From assembly GCA_964016885.1 (NCBI GenBank), contig OZ024744.1:3658001-3722000 (forward strand): DNA of 64,000 nucleotides, written 5' to 3'. Position numbers and translations under genes: made by a program. The notes under the pieces are model-generated. The model worked only from the letters and a program-made list of their open reading frames with translations. It was not told where the DNA came from and ran no database searches. Numbering within the stretch: position 1 is the first letter of the stretch; each line of letters begins with the position of its first letter. The DNA is from Eledone cirrhosa (lineage: Eukaryota). Shown piece by piece: positions 51,901-62,400 of the stretch.

Positions 51901-53780
51901 AGAAAGATAGCTTGGTGAAGAACGAAGTTTTGGGAGAAGACAAGGTAGAGACAGATATCTTGGTGAAGAACGAAGTTTTGACGGAAGACAAGGTAGAGAA
52001 AGATAGCTTGGTGAAGAATGACGTTTTGTGGGAAGACAAGGTAGAGAAAGATAGCTTGGTGAAGAACGAAGTTTTGTGTGAAGACAAGCTAGAGAAAGAT
52101 AGCTTGGTGAAGAACGAAGTTTTGGGGGAAGACAAGGTAGAGAAAGATAGATTGGTGAAGAACGAAGTTTTGAGGGATGACAAGGTAGAGAAAGATGACT
52201 TGGTGAAGAACGAAGTTTTGGGTGAAGACAAGGTAGAGAAAGATAGCTTGGTGATGAACGAAGTTTTGGGGGAGGAGAAGGTAGAGAAAGATAGCTTGGT
52301 GAAGAACGAAGTTTTGAGGGAAGACAAGGTAGAGAAAGATAGCTTGGTGAATAACGAAGTTTTGGGAGAAGACAAGGTAGAGAAAGATAGCTTGGTGAAT
52401 AACGAAGTTTTGGGAGAAGACAAGGTCGAGAAAGATAGCTTGGTGAAGAACGAAATTTTGAGGGAAGACAAGGTAGAGAAAGATAGCTTGGTGAAGAACG
52501 ACGTTTTGAGGGAAGACAAGATAGAGAAAGATAGCTTGGTGAAGAATGACGTTTTGTGGGAAGACAAGGTAGAGAAAGATAGCTTGGTGAAGAACGAAGT
52601 TTTGGGGGAAGACAAGGTAGAGGAAGATAGCTTGGTGAAGAACGAAGTTTTGGGGGAAGACAAGGTAGAGAAAGATAGCTTGGTGAAGAACGATGTTTTG
52701 GGGAAGACAATGTAGAGAAGGATAGCTTGGTGAAGAACGAAGTTTTGGGGGAAGACAAGGTAGAGAAAGATGGCTTGGTGAAGAACAAAGTTTTGAGGGA
52801 AGACAAGGTAGAGAAAGATAGCTTGGTGAATAACGAAGTTTTGGGAGAAGACAAGGTCGAGAAAGATAGCTTGGTGAAGAACGAAGTTTTGAGGGAAGAC
52901 AAGGTAGAGAAAGATAGCTTGGTGAGGAACGAAGTTTTGGGGGAAGACAAGGTAGAGAAAGATAGCTTGGTGAAGAACGAAGTTTTGGGGGAAGACAAGA
53001 TAGAGAAAGATAGCTTGGTGAAGAACGAAGTTTTGAGGGAAGACAAGGTAGAGAAAGATATCTTGGTGAAGAACGACGTTTTGTGGGAAGACAAGGTAGA
53101 GAAAGATAGCTTGGTGAAGAACGAAGTTTTGTGGGAAGACAAGGTAGAGAAAGATAGCTTGGTGAAGAACGAAATTTTGAGGGAAGACAAGGTAGAGAAA
53201 GATAGCTTGGTGAAGAACGACGTTTTGAGGGAAGACAAGATAGAGAAACATAGCTTGGTGAAGAACGACGTTTTGTGGGAAGACAAGGTAGAGAAAGATA
53301 GCTTGGTGAAGAACGAAGTTTTGGGGGAAGACAAGGTAGAGAAAGATAGCTTGGTGAAGAACGAAGTTTTGGTGGAAGACAAGGTAGAGAAAGATAGCTT
53401 GGTGAAGAACGATGTTTTGGGGAAGACACTGTAGAGAAAGATAGCTTGGTGAAGAACGAAGTTTTGGGGGAAGACAAGGTAGAGAAAGATAGCTTGGTGA
53501 AGAACGAAGTTTTGAGGGAAGACAAGGTAGAGAAAGATAGCTTGGTGAATAACGAAGTTTTGGGAGAAAACAAGGTAGAGAAAGATAGTTGGTGAAGAAC
53601 AAAGTTTTGAGGGAAGACAAGGTAGAGAAAGATAGCTTGGTGAAGAACGACGTTTTGAGGGAAGACAAGGTAGAGAAAGATAGCTTGGTGAAGAACGAAG
53701 TTTTGGGGGAAGACAAGGTAGAGAAAGATAGCTTGGTGAAGAACGAGGTTTTGGGGAAGACAATGTAGAGAAAGATAGCT
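49000..53780 (+). repeat. Tandem higher-order duplication, period 2,394 bp (50 monomers minus 6), preceded by a partial copy at offset 1,820 bp
   Basis: Offsets 49183/51577, 49422/51816 and 50333/52727 equal 2,394, while 47602/49422 and 48513/50333 equal 1,820. Markers GTGATGAAC, GAAACATAG, GTGAGGAAC and TTGGTGGAAG are shared. Confidence 0.9.
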
Positions 53781-56700
53781 TGGTGAAGAACGAAGTTTTG
53801 GGGGAAGACAAGGTAGAGAAAGATAGCTTGGTGAAGAACGAAGTTTTGAGGGAAGACAAGGTAGAGAAAGATAGCTTGGTGAATAACGAAGTTTTGGGAG
53901 AAGACAAGGTAGAGAAAGATAGCTTGGTGAAGAACGACGTTTTGAGGGAAGACAAGGTAGAGAAAGATAGCTTGGTGAAGAACGAAGTTTTGGGGGAAGA
54001 CAAGGTAGAGAAAGATAGCTTGGGGAAGAACGAAGTTTTGAGGGAAGACAAGGTAGAGAAAGATAGCTTGGTGAATAACGAAGTTCTGGGAGAAGACAAG
54101 GTAGAGAAAGATAGTTGGTGAAGAACGAAGTTTTGAAGGAAGACAAGGCAGAGAAAGATAGCTTGGTGAAGAACGAAGTTTTGAGGGAAGACAAGGTAGA
54201 GAAAGATAGCTTGGTGAAGAACGACGTTTTGTGGGAAGACAAGGTAGAGAAAGATAGCTTGGTGAAGAACGAAGTTTTGGGGGAAGACAAGGTAGAGAAA
54301 GATAGCTTGGTGAAGAACGAAGTTTTGAGGGAAGACAAGGTAGAGAAAGATAGCTTGGTGAATAACGAAGTTTTGGGAGAAGACAAGGTGGAGAAAGATA
54401 GCTTGGTGAAGAACGAAGTTTTGAGGGAAGACAAGGTAGAGAAAGATAGCTTGGTGAAGAACGAAGTTTTGGGGGAAGACAAGGTAGAGAAAGATAGCTT
54501 GGTGAAGAACGAAGTTTTGGGGGAAGACAAGGTAGAGAAAGATAGCTTGGTGAAGAACGAAGTTTTGGGGAAGACAATGTAGAGAAATATAGCTTGGTGA
54601 AGAACGAAGATTTGGGGGAAGACAAGGTAGAGAAAGATAGCTTGGTGAAGAACGAAGTTTTGGGAGAAGACAAGGTAGAGAAAGATAGCTTGGTGAAGAA
54701 CGAAGTTTTGAGGGAAGACAAGGTAGAGAAAGATAGCTTGGTGAAGAACGACGTTTTGAGGGAAGACAAGGTAGAGAAAGATAGCTTGGTGAAGAACGAC
54801 GTTTTGTGGGAAGACAAGGTAGAGAAAGATAGCATGGTGAAGAACGAAGTTTTGGGGGAAGACAAGGTAGTGAAAGATAGCTTGGTGAACAACGGAGTTT
54901 TGGGGGAAGACAAGGTAGAGAAAGATAGCTTGGTGAAGAACGAAGTTTTGGGGGAAGACAATGTAGAGAAAGATAGCTTGGTGAAGAACGAAGTTTTGGG
55001 GGAAGACAAGGTAGAGAAAGATAGCTTGGTGAATAACGAAGTTTTGGGAGAAGACAACGTAGAGAAAGATAGCTTGGTGAAGAACGAAGTTTTGAGGGAA
55101 GACAAGGTAGAGAAAGATAGCTTGGTGAAGAACGACATTTTGAGGGAAGACAAGGTAGAGAAAGATAGCTTGGTGAAGAACGACGTTTTGTGGGAAGATG
55201 AGGTAGAGAAAGATAGCTTGGTGAATAACAAAGTTTTGGGAGAAGACAAGCTCGAGAAAGATAGCTTGGTGAAGAACGAAGTTTTGTGGGAAGACAAGGT
55301 AGAGAAAGATAGCTTGGTGAAGAACGAAGTTTTGGGAGAAGACAAGGTAGAGAAAGATAGCTTGGTGAAGAACGAAGTTTTGAGGGAAGACAAAGTAGAG
55401 AAAGATAGCTTGGTGAAGAACGACGTTTTGAGGGAAGACAAGGTAGAGAAAGATAACTTGGTGAATAACGACGTTTTGTGGGAAGACAAGGTAGAGAAAG
55501 ATAGCTTGGTGAAGAACGAAGTTTTGGGGGAAGACAAGGTAGAGAAAGATAGCTTGGTGAAGAACGTAGTTTTGGGGAAGACAATGTAGAGAAAGATAGC
55601 TTGGTGAAGAACGAAGATTTGGGGGAAGACAAGGTAGAGAAAGATAGCTTGGTGAAGAACGAAGTTTTGGGAGAAGACAAGGTAGAGAAAGATAGCTTGG
55701 TGAAGAACGAAGTTTTGAGGGAAGACAAGGTAGAGAAAGATAGCTTGGTGAAGAACGACGTTTTGAGGGAAGACAAGGTAGAGAAAGATAGCTTGGTGAA
55801 GAACGACGTTTTGTGGGAAGACAAGGTAGAGAAAGATAGCTTGGTGAAGAACGAAGTTTTGGGGGAAGACAAGGTAGAGAAAGATAGCTTGGTGAAGAAC
55901 GGAGTATTGGGGGAAGACAAGGTAGAGAAAGATAGCTTGGTGAAGAACGACGTTTTGTGGGAAGACAAGGTAGAGAAAGATAGCTTGGTGAAGAACGAAG
56001 TTTTGGGGGAAGACAAGGTAGAGAAAGATAGCTTGGTGAAGAACGAAGTTTTGGGGGAAGACAAGGTAGAGAAAGATAGCTTGGTGAAGAACGAAGTTTT
56101 GGGGAAGACAATGTAGAGAAATATAGCTTGGTGAAGAACGAAGATTTGGGGGAAGACAAGGTAGAGAAAGATAGCTTGGTGAAGAACGAAGTTTTGAGGG
56201 AAGACAAGGTAGAGAAAGATAGCTTGGTGAAGAACGACGTTTTGAGGGAAGACAAGGTAGAGAAAGATAGCTTGGTGAAGAACGACATTTTGTGGGAAGA
56301 CAAGGTAGAGAAAGATAGCATGGTGAAGAACGAGGTTTTGGGGGAAGACAAGGTAGTGAAAGATAGCTTGGTGAACAACGGAGTTTTGGGGGAAGACAAG
56401 GTAGAGAAAGATAGCTTGGTGAAGAACGAAGTTTTGGGGGAAGACAAGGTAGAGAAAGATAGCTTGGTGAAGAACGAAGTTTTGTGGAAGACAATGTAGA
56501 GAAAGATAGCTTGGTGAAGAACGAAGTTTTGGGGGAAGACAAGGTAGAGAAAGATAGCTTGGTGAAGAACGAAGTTTTGGGGGAAGACAAGGTAGAGAAA
56601 GATAGCTTGGTGAAGAACGAAGTTTTGAGGGAAGACAAGGTAGAGAAAGATAGCTTGGTGAATAACGAAGTTTTGGGAGAATACAAGGTAGAGAAAGATA

Positions 56701-59700
56701 GCTTGGTGAAGAACGATGTTTTGAGGGAAGACAAGGTAGAGAAAGATAGCTTGGTGAAGAACGACGTTTTGAGGGAAGAGAAGGTAGAGAAAGATAGCTT
56801 GGTGAAGAACGACGTTTTGTGGGAAGACAAGGTAGAGAAAGATAGCTTGCGAAGAACGAAGTTTTGGGGGAAGACAAGGTAGAGAAAGATAGCTTGGTGA
56901 AGAACGAAGTTTTGGGGGAGGACAAGGTAGAGAAAGATAGCTTGGTGAAGAACGACGTTTTGAGGGAAGGCAAGGTAGAGAAAGATAGCTTGGTGAAGAA
57001 CGAAGTTTTGTGGGAAGACAAGGTAGAGAAAGATAGCTTGGTGAAGAACGAAGTTTTGTGGGAAGTCCAGGTAGAGAAAGATAGCTTGGTGAAGAACGAA
57101 GTTTTGGGGGAAGACAAGGTAGAGAAATATAGCTTGGTGAACAACGAAGTTTTGGGGGAAGACAAGGTAGAAAAAGATAGCTTGGTAAAGAACGAAGTTT
57201 TGGGGAAAACAATGTAGAGAAAGATAGCTTGGTGAAGAACGAAGTTTTGGGGGAAGACAAGGTAGAGAAAGATAGCTTGGTGAAGAACGAAGTTTTGAGG
57301 GAAGACAAGGTAGAGAAAGATAGCTTGGTGAATAACGAAGTTTTGGGAGAAGACAAGGTAGAGAAAGATAGCTTGGTGAAGAACGACGTTTTGAGGGAAG
57401 ACAAGGTAGAGAAAGATAGCTTGGTGAAGAACGAAGTTTTGGGGGAAGACAAGGTAGAGAAAGATAGCTTGGTGAAGAACGACGTTTTGAGGGAAGACAA
57501 GGTAGAGAAAGATAGCTTGGTGAAGAACGAAGTTTTGGGGAAGACAATGTAGAGAAAGATAGCTTGGTGAAGAACGAAGTTTTGGGGGAAGACAAGGTAG
57601 AGAAAGATAGCTTGTTGAAGAACGAAGTTCTGAGGGAAGGCAAGGTAGAGAAAGATAGCTTGGTGAAGAACGAAGTTTTGGGAGAAGACAAGGTAGAGAC
57701 AGATATCTTGGTGAAGAACGAAGTTTTGACGGAAGACAAGGTAGAGAAAGATAGCTTGGTGAAGAATGACGTTTTGTGGGAAGACAAGGTAGAGAAAGAT
57801 AGCTTGGTGAAGAACGAAGTTTTGTGTGAAGACAAGCTAGAGAAAGATAGCTTGGTGAAGAACGAAGTTTTGGGGGAAGACAAGGTAGAGAAAGATAGAT
57901 TGGTGAAGAACGAAGTTTTGAGGGATGACAAGGTAGAGAAAGATGACTTGGTGAAGAACGAAGTTTTGGGTGAAGACAAGGTAGAGAAAGATAGCTTGGT
58001 GAAGAACGAAGTTTTGGGGGAAGAGAAGGTAGAGAAAGATAGCTTGGTGAAGAACGACGTTTTGAGGGAAGACAAGGTAGAGAAAGATAGCTTGGTGAAT
58101 AACGAAGTTTTGGGAGAAGACAAGGTAGAGAAAGATAGCTTGGTGAATAACGAAGTTTTGGGAGAAGACAAGGTCGAGAAAGATAGCTTGGTGAAGAACG
58201 AAATTTTGAGGGAAGACAAGGTAGAGAAAGATAGCTTGGTGAAGAACGACGTTTTGAGGGAAGACAAGATAGAGAAAGATAGCTTGGTGAAGAATGACGT
58301 TTTGTGGGAAGACAAGGTAGAGAAAGATAGCTTGGTGAAGAACGAAGTTTTGGGGGAAGACAAGGTAGAGGAAGATAGCTTGGTGAAGAACGAAGTTTTG
58401 GGGGAAGACAAGGTAGAGAAAGATAGCTTGGTGAAGAACGATGTTTTGGGGAAGACAATGTAGAGAAGGATAGCTTGGTGAAGAACGAAGTTTTGGGGGA
58501 AGACAAGGTAGAGAAAGATGGCTTGGTGAAGAACAAAGTTTTGAGGGAAGACAAGGTAGAGAAAGATAGCTTGGTGAATAACGAAGTTTTGGGAGAAGAC
58601 AAGGTCGAGAAAGATAGCTTGGTGAAGAACGAAGTTTTGAGGGAAGATAAGGTAGAGAAAGATAGCTTGGTGAGGAACGAAGTTTTGGGGGAAGACAAGG
58701 TAGAGAAAGATAGCTTGGTGAAGAACGAAGTTTTGGGGGAAGACAAGATAGAGAAAGATAGCTTGGTGAAGAACGAAGTTTTGAGGGAAGACAAGGTAGA
58801 GAAAGATATCTTGGTGAAGAACGACGTTTTGTGGGAGAACAAGGTAGAGAAAGATAGCTTGGTGAAGAACGAAGTTTTGTGGGAAGACAAGGTAGAGAAA
58901 GATAGCTTGGTGAAGAACGAAATTTTGAGGGAAGACAAGGTAGAGAAAGATAGCTTGGTGAAGAACGACGTTTTGAGGGAAGACAAGATAGAGAAACATA
59001 GCTTGGTGAAGAACGACGTTTTGTGGGAAGACAAGGTAGAGAAAGATAGCTTGGTGAAGAACGAAGTTTTGGGGGAAGACAAGGTAGAGAAAGATAGCTT
59101 GGTGAAGAACGAAGTTTTGGTGGAAGACAAGGTAGAGAAAGATAGCTTGGTGAAGAACGATGTTTTGGGGAAGACACTGTAGAGAAAGATAGCTTGGTGA
59201 AGAACGAAGTTTTGGGGGAAGACAAGGTAGAGAAAGATAGCTTGGTGAAGAACGAAGTTTTGAGGGAAGACAAGGTAGAGAAAGATAGCTTGGTGAATAA
59301 CGAAGTTTTGGGAGAAAACAAGGTAGAGAAAGATAGTTGGTGAAGAACAAAGTTTTGAGGGAAGACAAGGTAGAGAAAGATAGCTTGGTGAAGAACGACG
59401 TTTTGAGGGAAGACAAGGTAGAGAAAGATAGCTTGGTGAAGAACGAAGTTTTGGGGGAAGACAAGGTAGAGAAAGATAGCTTGGTGAAGAACGAGGTTTT
59501 GGGGAAGACAATGTAGAGAAAGATAGCTTGGTGAAGAACGAAGTTTTGGGGGAAGACAAGGTAGAGAAAGATAGCTTGGTGAAGAACGAAGTTTTGAGGG
59601 AAGACAAGGTAGAGAAAGATAGCTTGGTGAATAACGAAGTTTTGGGAGAAGACAAGGTAGAGAAAGATAGCTTGGTGAAGAACGACGTTTTGAGGGAAGA

Positions 59701-62400
59701 CAAGGTAGAGAAAGATAGCTTGGTGAAGAACGAAGTTTTGGGGAAGACAATGTAGAGAAAGATAGCTTGGTGAAGAACGAAGTTTTGGGGGAAGACAAGG
59801 TAGAGAAAGATAGCTTGGTGAAGAACGAAGTTTTGAGGGAAGACAAGGTAGAGAAAGATAGCTTGGTGAATAACGAAGTTCTGGGAGAAGACAAGGTAGA
59901 GAAAGATAGTTGGTGAAGAACGAAGTTTTGAAGGAAGACAAGGCAGAGAAAGATAGCTTGGTGAAGAACGAAGTTTTGAGGGAAGACAAGGTAGAGAAAG
60001 ATAGCTTGGTGAAGAACGACGTTTTGGGGGAAGACAAGGTAGAGAAAGATAGCTTGGTGAAGAACGAAGTTTTGAGGGAAGACAAGGTAGAGAAAGATAG
60101 CTTGGTGAAGAACGAAGTTTTGGGGGAAGACAAGGTAGAGAAAGATAGCTTGGTGAAGAACGAAGTTTTGGGGGAAGACAAGGTAGAGAAAGATAGCTTG
60201 GTGAAGAACGAAGTTTTGGGGAAGACAATGTAGAGAAATATAGCTTGGTGAAGAACGAAGATTTGGGGGAAGACAAGGTAGAGAAAGATAGCTTGGTGAA
60301 GAACGAAGTTTTGGGAGAAGACAAGGTAGAGAAAGATAGCTTGGTGAAGAACGAAGTTTTGAGGGAAGACAAGGTAGAGAAAGATAGCTTGGTGAAGAAC
60401 GACGTTTTGAGGGAAGACAAGGTAGAGAAAGATAGCTTGGTGAAGAACGACGTTTTGTGGGAAGACAAGGTAGAGAAAGATAGCATGGTGAAGAACGAAG
60501 TTTTGGGGGAAGACAAGGTAGTGAAAGATAGCTTGGTGAACAACGGAGTTTTGGGGGAAGACAAGGTAGAGAAAGATAGCTTGGTGAAGAACGAAGTTTT
60601 GGGGGAAGACAAGGTAGAGAAAGATAGCTTGGTGAAGAACGAAGTTTTGTGGAAGACAATGTAGAGAAAGATAGCTTGGTGAAGAACGAAGTTTTGGGGG
60701 AAGACAAGGTAGAGAAAGATAGCTTGGTGAATAACGAAGTTTTGGGAGAAGACAACGTAGAGAAAGATAGCTTGGTGAAGAACGAAGTTTTGAGGGAAGA
60801 CAAGGTAGAGAAAGATAGCTTGGTGAAGAACGACATTTTGAGGGAAGACAAGGTAGAGAAAGATAGCTTGGTGAAGAACGACGTTTTGTGGGAAGATGAG
60901 GTAGAGAAAGATAGCTTGGTGAATAACAAAGTTTTGGGAGAAGACAAGCTCGAGAAAGATAGCTTGGTGAAGAACGAAGTTTTGTGGGAAGACAAGGTAG
61001 AGAAAGATAGCTTGGTGAAGAACGAAGTTTTGGGGGAAGACAAGGTAGAGAAAGATAGCTTCGTGAAGAACGTAGTTTTGGGGAAGACAATGTAGAGAAA
61101 GATAGCTTGGTGAAGAACGAAGATTTGGGGGAAGACAAGGTAGAGAAAGATAGCTTGGTGAAGAACGAAGTTTTGGGAGAAGACAAGGTAGAGAAAGATA
61201 GCTTGGTGAAGAACGAAGTTTTGAGGGAAGACAAAGTAGAGAAAGATAGCTTGGTGAAGAACGACGTTTTGAGGGAAGACAAGGTAGAGAAAGATAACTT
61301 GGTGAATAACGACGTTTTGTGGGAAGACAAGGTAGAGAAAGATAGCTTGGTGAAGAACGAAGTTTTGGGGGAAGACAAGGTAGAGAAAGATAGCTTCGTG
61401 AAGAACGTAGTTTTGGGGAAGACAATGTAGAGAAAGATAGCTTGGTGAAGAACGAAGATTTGGGGGAAGACAAGGTAGAGAAAGATAGCTTGGTGAAGAA
61501 CGAAGTTTTGGGAGAAGACAAGGTAGAGAAAGATAGCTTGGTGAAGAACGAAGTTTTGAGGGAAGACAAGGTAGAGAAAGATAGCTTGGTGAAGAACGAC
61601 GTTTTGAGGGAAGACAAGGTAGAGAAAGATAGCTTGGTGAAGAACGACGTTTTGTGGGAAGACAAGGTAGAGAAAGATAGCTTGGTGAAGAACGAAGTTT
61701 TGGGGGAAGACAAGGTAGAGAAAGATAGCTTGGTGAAGAACGGAGTATTGGGGGAAGACAAGGTAGAGAAAGATAGCTTGGTGAAGAACGACGTTTTGTG
61801 GGAAGACAAGGTAGAGAAAGATAGCTTGGTGAAGAACGAAGTTTTGGGGGAAGACAAGGTAGAGAAAGATAGCTTGGTGAAGAACGAAGTTTTGGGGGAA
61901 GACAAGGTAGAGAAAGATAGCTTGGTGAAGAACGAAGTTTTGGGGAAGACAATGTAGAGAAATATAGCTTGGTGAAGAACGAAGATTTGGGGGAAGACAA
62001 GGTAGAGAAAGATAGCTTGGTGAAGAACGAAGTTTTGAGGGAAGACAAGGTAGAGAAAGATAGCTTGGTGAAGAACGACGTTTTGAGGGAAGACAAGGTA
62101 GAGAAAGATAGCTTGGTGAAGAACGACGTTTTGTGGGAAGACAAGGTAGAGAAAGATAGCATGGTGAAGAACGAGGTTTTGGGGGAAGACAAGGTAGTGA
62201 AAGATAGCTTGGTGAACAACGGAGTTTTGGGGGAAGACAAGGTAGAGAAAGATAGCTTGGTGAAGAACGAAGTTTTGGGGGAAGACAAGGTAGAGAAAGA
62301 TAGCTTGGTGAAGAACGAAGTTTTGTGGAAGACAATGTAGAGAAAGATAGCTTGGTGAAGAACGAAGTTTTGGGGGAAGACAAGGTAGAGAAAGATAGCT
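51600..62400 (+). repeat. Large duplication, offset about 5.65-5.84 kb (5,748 bp = 120 monomers minus 12 in its first part)
   Basis: Offsets 51816/57564, 52727/58475 and 53780/59528 equal 5,748. Offset 54594/60245 equals 5,651, and 55601/61442 and 56128/61969 equal 5,841. Markers CTCGAG, GGAGTATTG and GAAGATGAGG are shared. Confidence 0.85.
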